Of a stretch of 50,103 bases of DNA, positions 38,546 to 48,787 are shown piece by piece. The position numbers were made by a program, and so were the translations under genes. Source of the DNA: an uncultured Bacilli bacterium (GTDB lineage Bacteria; Bacillota_I; Bacilli_A; RF39; UBA660); the NCBI GenBank assembly GCA_947628585.1, contig CANRAL010000004.1, positions 1-50,103 on the forward strand. Reading direction: 5' to 3'. The notes below the pieces were generated by a model. That model worked only from the letters and a program-made list of their open reading frames with translations. It was not told where the DNA came from and searched no databases. Numbering within the stretch: position 1 is the stretch's first letter; the number at the start of each line of letters is the position of its first letter.

Positions 38546-40570
38546 TCAACTATCTTCATCACAATTTAAACAGACAATTTTTTTATTTTTTTCTACTAAT
38601 AATTCTTTACATTTAGGACATTTCTCACCTGTAGGTTTATACCATAAAGCATAAGTACATTTTGGATAATTACTACAACCATAAAAAATTTTTCCTTTTT
38701 TACTTTTACGTTCAATAATTTTTCCCTTACATTTTGGACAATCACATATTTCTATTATATCTTTCTTTTCTTTTTTTACATACTTACATTCTGGATAATT
38801 ACTACAAGCAATAAATTCACCATATTTACTTTTCCGATAAACTAAAGTACCACCACATTCTGGACATATTTCCCCTGTTGATTCAGGAGCTTTCTTTTCC
38901 ATTTCGTGAAAAGCTTTGTCAACTAAAGGTTCAAATTCTGCATAAAAATCTTTTAATACTTTAATATTATCTTTTTTAGCTTCAGCAATATCATCTAAAT
39001 CTTGTTCCATTTGAGCTGTATATTTAACATTAACAATATTTGAAAAAAATTCTTGTAATTTATCTGTTGTTTCATATCCAATCGCGGTCGGTTCAAACTT
39101 TTTATCTACCAAAGTAACATATTCGCGATCCTTTATCGTTTGAATAATAGTAGCATAAGTACTAGGGCGACCAATACCTAAACTTTCCAATTCTTTAATA
39201 AGACTACTTTCTGTATAACGTGCTGATGGTTTAGTAAAATGTTGAGTTTTAGTAATATCATCGGCAGTTAATATATCAGATTTATAATTTTTTAAATCAG
39301 GTAATAAAACATCTTCATTATCTTCATATTCACCATAAACTTTTAAATAACCATCAAAAGTTAAGACACTTCCCGTTGCTTTAAAAGAATAATCGTTATT
39401 ATCTAATATAACAGTTGTAGCTAATGTTTTAGCATCATGCATCAAAGAAGCTAAAGCTCTTACATAAATTAATTTATATAATTTATATTCATCACTAGAT
39501 AAATAAGCTTTCATCTCTTCAGGAGTTCGATTAATACTTGTAGGTCTAATCCCTTCATGAGCATCTTGAACGTTTTCCGTTTTTTTAGCTTTCTTTACAT
39601 ATCCAATGTATTCTTCTCCATATTTGCCTTTAATATAACCAAAAGTACTTTTTACAAATTCATCAGAAAGTCTAACACTATCAGTACGCATATAAGTTAT
39701 TAAACCAACTGTTTCACTTCCAATATCGATACCTTCATATAATTTTTGCGCTATTTTCATTGTTTTAGAAGCCGCGAAATTTAATTTTGAAGAAGCTAAT
39801 TGTTGTAAAGTACTTGTTCGAAATACTTCTTTACTACTTTTATTTTTTTCTTTTTCTTCAACACTAGCAATTCGAAATGACTTACTTAAAACATCTAATA
39901 TTTTATTAGCGCTAACTTCATCAGGTATTTCGATATCTTTACCCTTATATTTTTCTAAAGTTGCTTTAAAAGTGTTAAAATCAGCTTCTATGGTCCAATA
40001 TTCTTTAGGAACAAAAGCTTTAATTTCTCTTTCTCGATCAACAATTAATTTTAAAGCAACACTTTGCACTCTCCCAGCACTTTTACCCGCGGTTTTACTT
40101 TGCATTAACCGGCTTAAACGAAAACCAATAATGCGATCTAAAATTCTTCTTGTTTCGCCACTTTTAACTAAATCCATATCTATTTTTCGAGGATTATCCA
40201 TGGATTTTAAAACAACATCTTTAGTTATTTCATTAAATACTACTCTTTTATATTTTTCATCAGGAATCTTTGCTTCATCATAAATATGCCAAGATATAGT
40301 TTCCCCTTCTCGATCTGGATCAGTTGCTAAATAAATAGTATCAGCACTATCTATCATTTTCTTTAAGTAAAGAACATCTTTTTTCTTTTCTTTAATAACA
40401 GTATATTTAGGTTTAAAATCATTTTCAATATCTACTCCTAAAGAATATTTTCCTGATTTTGATAAATCCCGAATATGACCCTTACTAGATATAACATTAT
40501 ATTTACTACCTAAATACTTCTCAATAGTTTTACATTTTGCTGGTGATTCCACAATCACTAGATTTTTCAT
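38546..40570 (-). CDS. topA: DNA topoisomerase I
   Basis: VESPAK, DPDREGE, SAGRVQS, ITYMRTDS, C4 zinc ribbons. Confidence 0.97.
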   Translation of the reverse strand: MKNLVIVESPAKCKTIEKYLGSKYNVISSKGHIRDLSKSGKYSLGVDIENDFKPKYTVIKEKKKDVLYLKKMIDSADTIYLATDPDREGETISWHIYDEAKIPDEKYKRVVFNEITKDVVLKSMDNPRKIDMDLVKSGETRRILDRIIGFRLSRLMQSKTAGKSAGRVQSVALKLIVDREREIKAFVPKEYWTIEADFNTFKATLEKYKGKDIEIPDEVSANKILDVLSKSFRIASVEEKEKNKSSKEVFRTSTLQQLASSKLNFAASKTMKIAQKLYEGIDIGSETVGLITYMRTDSVRLSDEFVKSTFGYIKGKYGEEYIGYVKKAKKTENVQDAHEGIRPTSINRTPEEMKAYLSSDEYKLYKLIYVRALASLMHDAKTLATTVILDNNDYSFKATGSVLTFDGYLKVYGEYEDNEDVLLPDLKNYKSDILTADDITKTQHFTKPSARYTESSLIKELESLGIGRPSTYATIIQTIKDREYVTLVDKKFEPTAIGYETTDKLQEFFSNIVNVKYTAQMEQDLDDIAEAKKDNIKVLKDFYAEFEPLVDKAFHEMEKKAPESTGEICPECGGTLVYRKSKYGEFIACSNYPECKYVKKEKKDIIEICDCPKCKGKIIERKSKKGKIFYGCSNYPKCTYALWYKPTGEKCPKCKELLVEKNKKIVCLNCDEDS

Positions 40571-40578
40571 TTTTCCTC

Positions 40579-42624
40579 CTATTCGGCATCTGCCAATATT
40601 TGTTCTTTTTCTTCTTCTATTTTATTTTGAGCATTTATTAAGGCTTCATCTAAATATTTAAAATAATTATTTTGAATTATTAAACTACTCATTTGAGTTT
40701 TTAAATTTATTTTACTGTTAATATCTTTTATTTCATCCATCGTATATTCTTTATCGGTATAATATTTTATGTTTCCATTAGAGGCATTATAATATGCTAA
40801 TTCATTTTTCCAAGAACCATCCGCATAAATAACTCGTGATTCATATTCATCGCTTAAAATATCACTACCCATATAATACCTTGGATCATAATTTAAATTA
40901 AATAAATTTGCAATAGTAGGAGTTAGATTAATAAATGAGGTATATTGTTTAAATTCTTTAGCCTCCATTTCACTATTATAAATGATGAATGGCGTTCTTT
41001 CAACCTCATAATCACTTAAATCATAATCTAGTACATAATTTAAGGTATCATTTTTAAGACCATAAGGGTAATGATCCCCAAATAAAGCAATAACTGTATC
41101 TTCTAAAATGCCGGCTTCTTCTAATTTTTCTAAAAGAACACCTAAAGCATTATCCAAAGTTTTAAGCTTAGACATATATCTTTTTAAATCTGTAGGATAA
41201 TCCTTGTCGGAAAAAAGATAAGTGTATTTATCTCCTTCAATTGAAGGAACGGAATAAGGTTGATGACTTGAAACACTAGTTAACCATAACATAAATGGTT
41301 TATCAGTATTTTCTAAAGTAATATCCATCGCTACATTTAAAAAGTCTTCATCACTAGCCCAATTTCGATATTCATTAGAATATTCTATTCCTAAATCTTC
41401 AACACCATAATATTTTTGACTACCTAAGTTTTTATGAATAGTTCTCCGATAGTAATAAGCTTCCGTATAATCATGCATACTCATTGTGCGATAATCCGCG
41501 GCATTAAATAAATTAAAAATGGAACTGCTATAAGTATTATTTTTATATTTATTAGCCGTACAATTATTATAAATAGAGTATAAACCAGTCATAGCACTAA
41601 ATTCATTATTCCCAGTTGAACACGAATTACGCGGAGAATAATTATTTTTAAAAGCCCATCCTTCCGTATACATTTTATAAAAATTAGGATAATATTCTTC
41701 ATTAATAAATATTTCATTAACACTTTCCATCATAATAACAATTAAGTTTTTACCTTCAAACATTCCCGTATAATCATTATAATTAGAAATATTTTGATTA
41801 ATCAAATAATTACTAATATTTTGTAGTGTCTTATTAGTCTCATCATCGATAACTCTTTCCCATAAAGTATCATCAATAATTCTATCAGTTACTTTATCAT
41901 TTTCTTCAATTACAAAATCAATAGTTTCATCAACATCGATTAAAGCACTTTTAATATCTAATATTCCATAGGCTAAAATACCAAATTCATTGACAACAAT
42001 ACTCGGAACATTAGGATTTTTAAATAAATCTAAATTAGAAACTGTTTGTAATTCATTTTGCATAAATTTGACTTTTAAAGTACTATAATACCCAAGAGAT
42101 AAAGTAATCAAACATATAAAAGTTGCAAGTATTCTAATAGGATACTCATATTTACTTCTCTTTTTTAATAAAAAAATTTTTTCTTCTTTAATTTTAGGAC
42201 TTTTTATCTTTAATATTAGATAAGTTAATAATAACCCAATAAAAGGAATAAATATTAAATAATATCTTGGTAAAAAAGATGCTAAAAATTCTCTTACATA
42301 ATCAATTACTGCTCCCAATTGACTAGAAGTATTAAAGGACATATAAACACCAATAAAATTATTAAATCCCATTTGTAAAAAAGCATAAATTGTAAATAAA
42401 AAACAAAATACAATTAAACCAATTTTTTGAATAGTCTTATTAAACCAAGATAAAAGAAAACTAATTACCAAGGAAATAATACTATAACCTAAAATAACTC
42501 TAATAAGCGAATAATCGAATATTTCAATATTACTAGCATATCGAAATATAAATTCAATCATTAATGTAAATATAAATATAATTAAAAAATTTTTAAGTAC
42601 TTTACTATTATTTAATTTTTTCAT
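40579..42624 (-). CDS. LTA synthase/sulfatase family protein (second paralogue)
   Basis: About 5 TM, NLIVIMMES, STGNNEF, FGDHYPY. Confidence 0.85.
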   Translation of the reverse strand: MKKLNNSKVLKNFLIIFIFTLMIEFIFRYASNIEIFDYSLIRVILGYSIISLVISFLLSWFNKTIQKIGLIVFCFLFTIYAFLQMGFNNFIGVYMSFNTSSQLGAVIDYVREFLASFLPRYYLIFIPFIGLLLTYLILKIKSPKIKEEKIFLLKKRSKYEYPIRILATFICLITLSLGYYSTLKVKFMQNELQTVSNLDLFKNPNVPSIVVNEFGILAYGILDIKSALIDVDETIDFVIEENDKVTDRIIDDTLWERVIDDETNKTLQNISNYLINQNISNYNDYTGMFEGKNLIVIMMESVNEIFINEEYYPNFYKMYTEGWAFKNNYSPRNSCSTGNNEFSAMTGLYSIYNNCTANKYKNNTYSSSIFNLFNAADYRTMSMHDYTEAYYYRRTIHKNLGSQKYYGVEDLGIEYSNEYRNWASDEDFLNVAMDITLENTDKPFMLWLTSVSSHQPYSVPSIEGDKYTYLFSDKDYPTDLKRYMSKLKTLDNALGVLLEKLEEAGILEDTVIALFGDHYPYGLKNDTLNYVLDYDLSDYEVERTPFIIYNSEMEAKEFKQYTSFINLTPTIANLFNLNYDPRYYMGSDILSDEYESRVIYADGSWKNELAYYNASNGNIKYYTDKEYTMDEIKDINSKINLKTQMSSLIIQNNYFKYLDEALINAQNKIEEEKEQILADAE

Positions 42625-42627
42625 TTT

Positions 42628-43437
42628 TTAATCTCCCCATAATTTACGAATTTTATTATTTTCATATTCATTAGCTATGTCAGAATATAAATCTTCGGCA
42701 TCTAATAATAAATCATTTATTTTTTGAGACAAAATCACTTTTTTCTCATACTGTCTCGTTTTATTTAATAATTGTAAAGCTTTTTTTAATTTTTTTATTG
42801 CTTCAATTAATTCATTTAATTCTTCAGCATTAACAATATCTTGATTAACTATTTTAATTAGTTCTTGAAGTTCCATATCTAAATAAAAACTTTCGACCAT
42901 TCCTTCGGCTTCATTACGAACCGCAACTATTTCTTGATCTAATTCCTTATCTAAATTATTTCTTTTATTAATTCGTTCTTCTATTTTACCAACTTTTTTC
43001 GAAAAAGAATTTTTAATTAATAATAAGTTTCCTTTTTCATTAAGTAAATTTTCTTTTGATTCATTTTTTATTAAAGTAACTACTTTTAAGCGAAAATTTT
43101 TAGAAAATGCCATTAAACTAGATACGGCTAAAGAAGATAAAACTAGGCTATTTATAAAAAAGGCCATTAAAGACGTTGGGAACAAAGCAATATTACCAAT
43201 TATAATAAAGGAAAGACTACCATAAAAAAAGATAGTGCCTTTAATTGGAAAATCATTTAATGCTTGTAATTTATCATCGATTTTAAGAATTTTATCGTCA
43301 ATTTCTCCCATATTTTCTAAACATTCTTTTTCTAATTTATCTAAGGTTAAGTTGCCACTGGCTTCATTATTATCAATATTTTTAATTTTATTTTCATAAT
43401 CTCTTATTTCTGTCTTAATTTTATTTTGTTTTGACAT
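42628..43437 (-). CDS. Hypothetical coiled-coil protein with 2 TM
   Basis: ORF coupled to rnhB; no recognised motif. Confidence 0.65.
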   Translation of the reverse strand: MSKQNKIKTEIRDYENKIKNIDNNEASGNLTLDKLEKECLENMGEIDDKILKIDDKLQALNDFPIKGTIFFYGSLSFIIIGNIALFPTSLMAFFINSLVLSSLAVSSLMAFSKNFRLKVVTLIKNESKENLLNEKGNLLLIKNSFSKKVGKIEERINKRNNLDKELDQEIVAVRNEAEGMVESFYLDMELQELIKIVNQDIVNAEELNELIEAIKKLKKALQLLNKTRQYEKKVILSQKINDLLLDAEDLYSDIANEYENNKIRKLWGD

Positions 43438-44047
43438 TTTTATTCCTACTTTCTAATTCTTTTACAGGTTTATAACTAAATCTATAATTATCTAATATAC
43501 CATATTTTTGCATATTTTCAAGGTGTTTTTTTGTAGGATACCCTTTATGTTTGGCAAATTCATACATTGGATATTTTTGATCAAGCTCATACATTATACT
43601 ATCACGAGTAACTTTAGCTATAACACTAGCAGCCGCAATAGATAAGCTTAAAGCATCACCATGGATAATATCAATAACATTTTCTCTAGTTGGTAATTTC
43701 ATCGCATCAGTTAAAATATATTCGGGCTTTACTTTTAAATTATCCAAGGCAATATTCATAGCTAAACGAGAAGCTTCTAAAATGTTTATTTCATCAATCG
43801 TCTTAGCATCAACTATCCCTACTCCATAACTTATAGCTTCTTTTTTAATAATTTCAAAAAATTTATTTCTTTGTTTTTCACTTAATTTTTTTGAATCGTT
43901 TAGACCTTTTAAAGAATAATTAACTGGCAATATCACAGCTGCCGCGACTACAGGTCCTACTAAAGGTCCTCGCCCTGCTTCATCTACCCCAGCAATTAAA
44001 GTAATACCTTTTTTATATAATTTTTCTTCATATTCTAGCATATTCAT
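43421..44047 (-). CDS. rnhB: Ribonuclease HII
   Basis: GVDEAGRGPL, DSKKL, IAAASVIAKVTRD, KHKGY. Confidence 0.96.
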   Translation of the reverse strand: MNMLEYEEKLYKKGITLIAGVDEAGRGPLVGPVVAAAVILPVNYSLKGLNDSKKLSEKQRNKFFEIIKKEAISYGVGIVDAKTIDEINILEASRLAMNIALDNLKVKPEYILTDAMKLPTRENVIDIIHGDALSLSIAAASVIAKVTRDSIMYELDQKYPMYEFAKHKGYPTKKHLENMQKYGILDNYRFSYKPVKELESRNKNVKTK

Positions 44048-44915
44048 CTTGATCTAATGTTACTCCTTTAATTTTTCCACTCACTAAATCATTATAAATC
44101 TTTAAAGCTACTTTTTCCATATCAACTTCATTATTTTTCTTATATCCCATTTTTTCCCCAAGAAAAATTAAAACATCTGCTGTTTCTAAGCTTTTAGCAA
44201 CTTGATAATTAGTTTCTAAAATATGAGGATAATATTTTCGGTAAAAATCAATTAAATAATACGCAATATCTAATATATCTAGAACTTCACTTTTTATGGC
44301 TGCCGTAGCTGCTAAATTTAAAGCTACCCTTTCATCATCTAATTTTGGCCAAAGAATACCTGGAGTATCCATGAGTAATAAATTATTGGCCGTTTTTAAC
44401 CAATTTACATCTTTAGTAATACCTGGTTTATTTCCTACATTTGCCACTTTTTTACCCACCAATTTATTTATAAGAGTACTTTTACCAACATTAGGTATAC
44501 CAATTACAAGAGCCTTTATTTCCTTTTTCTTTAAACCTTTTTCTAATCTACTTTTTTGAATATCCATTGTTAATTTATTAGTCATATTAATTAATGCTTT
44601 ATAATCATTATTATTGGTTAAATCCATAACTAAAACGGGAATGCCTTTATTTTCATAATATTTAACCCATTTATTTGTAATATAAATATCACATAAATCT
44701 TTTTTAGTCATAATTAAAATTCGAGGCTTATTTTTAATTATTTCTTCAATATCTTTATTCTTTGAAGAATAAGGAATTCGCGCATCGATTATTTCATATA
44801 TTATATCAATTAAATTAATATTTTCTATTATTTGTCTTTTGGTTTTAGCCATATGACCAGGATACCAATTGATTACACTTTTATGCAACCACTGTTCTTC
44901 ACTATTATTACTCAT
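44028..44915 (-). CDS. rbgA: Ribosome biogenesis GTPase RbgA/YlqF
   Basis: INWYPGHMAK, DARIP, GIPNVGKSTLIN, DTPGILWP. Confidence 0.97.
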   Translation of the reverse strand: MSNNSEEQWLHKSVINWYPGHMAKTKRQIIENINLIDIIYEIIDARIPYSSKNKDIEEIIKNKPRILIMTKKDLCDIYITNKWVKYYENKGIPVLVMDLTNNNDYKALINMTNKLTMDIQKSRLEKGLKKKEIKALVIGIPNVGKSTLINKLVGKKVANVGNKPGITKDVNWLKTANNLLLMDTPGILWPKLDDERVALNLAATAAIKSEVLDILDIAYYLIDFYRKYYPHILETNYQVAKSLETADVLIFLGEKMGYKKNNEVDMEKVALKIYNDLVSGKIKGVTLDQDEYARI

Positions 44916-44916
44916 T

Positions 44917-45777
44917 TTAATCACTCACTTTTTCTTCTATTTTCTTTGTTTCATCTATATATTTATAATTTAAACTGTTGCTTTTAGATATAGCGGATTT
45001 TTTAGTTTCTTTTTCATATAAGTCCTTTGCTCCTTTGGCAACTCCTCCACCACGCTTTGCTACATTTAGATTTTCTTTTAATCCTTTTGGATGTTCTTCT
45101 CTTGCAATATCCCTTGTTGCTATTTCACCAATATTTGTTAGAGCAACTTCAATATCAGTCATATTATCTCTCAACGATTCTTTTCTGAGACCTTTTAATT
45201 TTTTATATTCAGACGCAGTCATATTTGACCAACCTTTATATATTTCGTTAGTTAAAAGAGCATATTCTAATGGTTTAGTAATTCCCCCTTCTTTCCATAC
45301 ATCGGTAAGTTTAAATCGATCTACAATTCCATTTAACCTTGCCTTTATCCATTCATCATTATATCCTTTTTTTCGATAATATTCTACTGCTCTATTAACT
45401 GCAACTTCAGGATCAAACACCTCATCAATTCTTTCACTTCCTAAATTTGCCAACCACATTTTAAAAGGCTCTGCCTTTGGACTAGGAATTGACTCAATTA
45501 ATCTGAATACATTTTTTGTTTCTAACATATCTGTATTTCGCATTTTACCATCTTTTGATTTTAATTTGAAAGTGTCACAATTTGTGACGGTTTCATTTCC
45601 CTCTTGAACCATTCTAGATTTTAAAGTTCTCCAATAATGAGATGGATCTTTACTTTCGGTTAATGCACCTATAACATCAACAACACTAAAGTAATATTCT
45701 TCTTTTTCACTATCCCAAATACTTCTTATTTCTTTACCATCAAAAAGATTTGAAATTGTTTCTAATTTGTTATTCAA
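44917..45777 (-). CDS. BRO-N domain DNA-binding protein
   Basis: F.GKEIRSIWD...YFSVVDVI.AL, RLIESIPSPKAEPFK.WLA, LRDNMT; TTG start. Confidence 0.9.
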   Translation of the reverse strand: MNNKLETISNLFDGKEIRSIWDSEKEEYYFSVVDVIGALTESKDPSHYWRTLKSRMVQEGNETVTNCDTFKLKSKDGKMRNTDMLETKNVFRLIESIPSPKAEPFKMWLANLGSERIDEVFDPEVAVNRAVEYYRKKGYNDEWIKARLNGIVDRFKLTDVWKEGGITKPLEYALLTNEIYKGWSNMTASEYKKLKGLRKESLRDNMTDIEVALTNIGEIATRDIAREEHPKGLKENLNVAKRGGGVAKGAKDLYEKETKKSAISKSNSLNYKYIDETKKIEEKVSD

Positions 45778-45928
45778 AATGGTCACCTACTTTCTTATTT
45801 TTATTAAGGGTTACAATTCCGTAATCACCTCTCTAATTCTTAACATAATTTATACTAAATTTATTATATTTTTAATAATTTTCACCAAATTTTAATGAAA
45901 ATGTGTAAGATTAAATGTAATGAAAAGT

Positions 45929-46017
45929 CTTTATTTATAAGGGTTTATAACGGGGTTGCAATAAATCGTAATCAACCAATTGATTACACTTTTATTAAGA
46001 ACATTATTATTATTCAT
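45929..46017 (-). repeat. att-like junction A: displaced rbgA start (MNNNNVLNKSVINW) + 48-bp end motif
   Basis: 21 bp identical to the rbgA 5' region; motif 33/48 identical, ungapped, to 47102-47149. Confidence 0.75.
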
Positions 46018-47044
46018 TTTTATCACCACAACTTTTACTTTCTTCTACTAATAAATCAAAATCTGATTTATATAATTTATCTTGTTTAACTCTATATTTT
46101 TCAAATTCTGTTAATGCTTTATCACAAGCAATTTCATGTGATATTTTTCCAGCATCTTTTAAAATATCTCTATCATCTGCAAGTAAGAATTTATCTATTC
46201 TTGTCGCCCAATCTTCCATTGTCATTGGAATATGTCTTCTTGCTCTATTTTCTGCAATTTCTAAAAATGCACTAACAATTACTTCTAAATCTTTAATTTC
46301 TTCTTCAGATAAATAATTTTTAGCAATAATAACATCTGATTCCATTATTTTGCCATTGGGAGAATTTTTCCATGATGTTAAACCCATATGTTCTTTATTC
46401 GCATTTACTCTATCATATATTATTTCAGCTGCTGTTTGATGAGAAACTGCATAATGCATTTTGTTTTGAACCTTTTTAAAAAAGTCAATAGAAATAGGAG
46501 ATTTAGGGTCATAATCAATGCTTGTTGCATATATATCCGTTACTTTTTGATAAAATCTTCTTTCAGATAATCTTATTTCTCTTATTTCTTCAAGTAACTT
46601 TTCAAAATAATCTTTATCAATAAATGAGCCGTTTTTCATTCTTTCTTTATCTAATACATAACCTTGAATCGTAAAAGTCTTTAAGATATTAGTGGCCCAT
46701 CTTCTAAATTGAGTTGCTCTAATTGAATTAACTCGATATCCAACAGAAATAATTGCATCTAAATTATAGAATTCAATACTTCTTTTAACTTTTCTATTTC
46801 CTTCTAATTGAACTAATTCCATTTTGGAATAAGTTGAAGGTTTATCAAGTTCACCATCCGAATATATATTAATTAAATGTTTTGCAATTGCTGGTTGTTC
46901 TACATCAAATAATTCAGCCATTGCTTTTTGAGTCATCCAAAGAGTTTCACTTTCATATCTTACTTGAATACCTTTATCTTTTTCTTGTACTTTAAAAGTA
47001 ATAAACTCTTCAGCACTACTTCTTATCATTAAATCTTTTGCCAT
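46010..47044 (-). CDS. RhuM family DNA-binding protein
   Basis: LWMTQKAMAELF, YNLDAIISVGYRVNS.RATQFR.WA, IREIRLSERRFYQK, VQNKMH. Confidence 0.92.
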   Translation of the reverse strand: MAKDLMIRSSAEEFITFKVQEKDKGIQVRYESETLWMTQKAMAELFDVEQPAIAKHLINIYSDGELDKPSTYSKMELVQLEGNRKVKRSIEFYNLDAIISVGYRVNSIRATQFRRWATNILKTFTIQGYVLDKERMKNGSFIDKDYFEKLLEEIREIRLSERRFYQKVTDIYATSIDYDPKSPISIDFFKKVQNKMHYAVSHQTAAEIIYDRVNANKEHMGLTSWKNSPNGKIMESDVIIAKNYLSEEEIKDLEVIVSAFLEIAENRARRHIPMTMEDWATRIDKFLLADDRDILKDAGKISHEIACDKALTEFEKYRVKQDKLYKSDFDLLVEESKSCGDKNE

Positions 47045-47101
47045 TTCTTCATCTCCTTTGCATATTTATCCGAAAATGTAAAAACTTTTTTCAATAGTTT
47101 C

Positions 47102-47178
47102 CTTTATTTATAATGTCTTGTTAAGGTGTTTCCATAAATCCATATCGCACAGTTTATATTTGTTTTATTTTCATTCAT
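47102..47178 (-). repeat. att-like junction B: displaced rbgA-like start (MNENKTNIN-TG) + 48-bp end motif
   Basis: Same RBS/start module and same ungapped motif ending TTATAAATAAAG as junction A. Confidence 0.7.
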
Positions 47179-48022
47179 TTTTATCACTTACTTTTTCATT
47201 TAATAATTTAATTTTTTCTGCATTATTAAGTATATCTAATTGATATTTACATATATCACTTAATATTTCAAATCTTTCTTCTTTTGATTTTCCTTCTTTA
47301 ATTAACTCAGCATTATGTGATTCTAAATTAGATAAAACAGTTAATTCATTTATGGAAGCATAATCTCTTACATTTGAACTTTTTGCTAACTCTGGATTTA
47401 ATTCTCTCCATTTTTTAGCAGTAGTATGAAATAATATTACATTAAGAATATCTGCTTCTTCAGCATATTTTAACCATTCTTTATTTTTATAAAAATCATT
47501 ATCAGGTAAGATGTAATTTTTAATTGCATCTGTATGAATTAAATAATTATTCTTTGTAAGTATTCTTTTTACATCCCATTCTCTATTTTGATTTTCTAAC
47601 TCTTTTAATCTTTCAAATTCTTTTATTAAATATAATTTAAATACAGGACTTATGGCAGATGCAAATTCAAATGCAATATCTTTATGTGCATATGTTCCAC
47701 CATATTTACCACGTTTTGAATATATGCCAATAGCATTTGTTTTTTCACACCATTCAGTAACACTTAAAGTAAATGTATGAAGTCCAGCACTTTTTCTAAA
47801 CCCGTCGAATTCGACGGAATTAAAATTTGGATTATAAATAGATTCCCATGTTCCTAAAAACTCTAGAGTAATTCTATTCCTTAACCAATTTCTAATCACA
47901 TCATCAGCTTTTGATTTTCCTTCTTTAAATTTACCAAAATCAGAAATGCAAATATAATCATTATCATCTATATTTGTAACATTTATTTTAATATTTTGAA
48001 CTTTTATTATTTTGTTAGACAT
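47171..48022 (-). CDS. KilA-N domain DNA-binding protein
   Basis: DYICISD, I.NWLRNR.TLEFLG.WE, GKYGGTYAHKDIAFEF. Confidence 0.9.
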   Translation of the reverse strand: MSNKIIKVQNIKINVTNIDDNDYICISDFGKFKEGKSKADDVIRNWLRNRITLEFLGTWESIYNPNFNSVEFDGFRKSAGLHTFTLSVTEWCEKTNAIGIYSKRGKYGGTYAHKDIAFEFASAISPVFKLYLIKEFERLKELENQNREWDVKRILTKNNYLIHTDAIKNYILPDNDFYKNKEWLKYAEEADILNVILFHTTAKKWRELNPELAKSSNVRDYASINELTVLSNLESHNAELIKEGKSKEERFEILSDICKYQLDILNNAEKIKLLNEKVSDKNE

Positions 48023-48026
48023 ATAT

Positions 48027-48140
48027 TCACCTTCTTTCACTAGAGCGTATATTTCTAATTCTTTCTAAAAGTCTTTCAAAATAACCTTCACAAAAAATAT
48101 AATTTGGATTTTTTAATCTTTCATCATCAATTACAAATCC
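48027..48140 (-). pseudogene. Internal fragment of a third RhuM gene
   Basis: GFVIDDERLKNPNYIFCEGYFERLLERIRNIRSSERR* aligns to RhuM GYVLDKER...IREIRLSERR. Confidence 0.8.
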
Positions 48141-48641
48141 AGTAATTTCTCCTTCTTTTCATACATCGGTAAGCTTAAATCGATCTACAATACCATTTAA
48201 CCTTGCCTTTATCCATTCATCATTATATCCTTTTTTACGATAATATTCCACTGCTCTATTAACTGCAATTTCAGGATCAAACACCTCATCAATTCTTTCA
48301 CTTCCTAAATTTGCAAGCCAAAGTTTAAATGGTTCTGCTTTATTTGATGGAACTGATTCAATTAATCTTAAAATTCCCTTAGTATCTAATACATCGGTGT
48401 TATAGAATTTTCCATCTTTAGCTTTTAATTTCAGTTGACTACAAAATGTAGTCAACTCAGATCCTTCTTTTTTCAATCTTAGCTTTAATACAGACCAATA
48501 TTTTCTAGTATCACTACTATCAGTTAATGCATTTATAACATCAATAACACTAAAGTAATATTCTTCTTTTTCACTATCCCAAATACTTCTTATTTCTTTA
48601 CCATCAAAAAGATTTGAAATTGTTTCTAATTTATTATTCAA
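48141..48641 (-). pseudogene. Truncated BRO-N paralogue
   Basis: Near-identical to 44917-45777 except the central segment; TGG->TGA at 48159, then KEGEIT fused in frame to the RhuM fragment. Confidence 0.85.
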
Positions 48642-48749
48642 AATTCCACCTACTTTCTTTTTTTATTAAAGATTACAATTTCGTAATCACCTTTCAAATT
48701 TCTATATCATTTTTACTAAATTTATTATTTTTTTAATAATTTTCACCAT

Positions 48750-48787
48750 TTTTCTAAATTCATCGAATTCGATGGAATTAAATTTCA
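48750..48787 (-). pseudogene. Short KilA-N remnant
   Basis: Similar to 47791-47827; reads (F)NSIEFDEFRK vs FNSVEFDGFRK. Confidence 0.65.

Noticed and set aside
45895-46089. 64-aa plus-strand ORF
   Set aside because: Antisense across the att-like junction and the RhuM end; no RBS
1441-46570. Short antisense ORFs in the track (e.g. 1441, 2291, 2488, 10897, 11181, 14115, 16477, 17750, 24066, 31479, 34004, 39972, 44296, 44978, 46388)
   Set aside because: Shadow frames of well-supported genes
48159-48161. TGA read as Trp (genetic code 4)
   Set aside because: TGA aligns to Trp in the paralogue, but TGA terminates other genes (glycosylase, topA, KilA-N) and intact genes use TGG; this is a nonsense mutation
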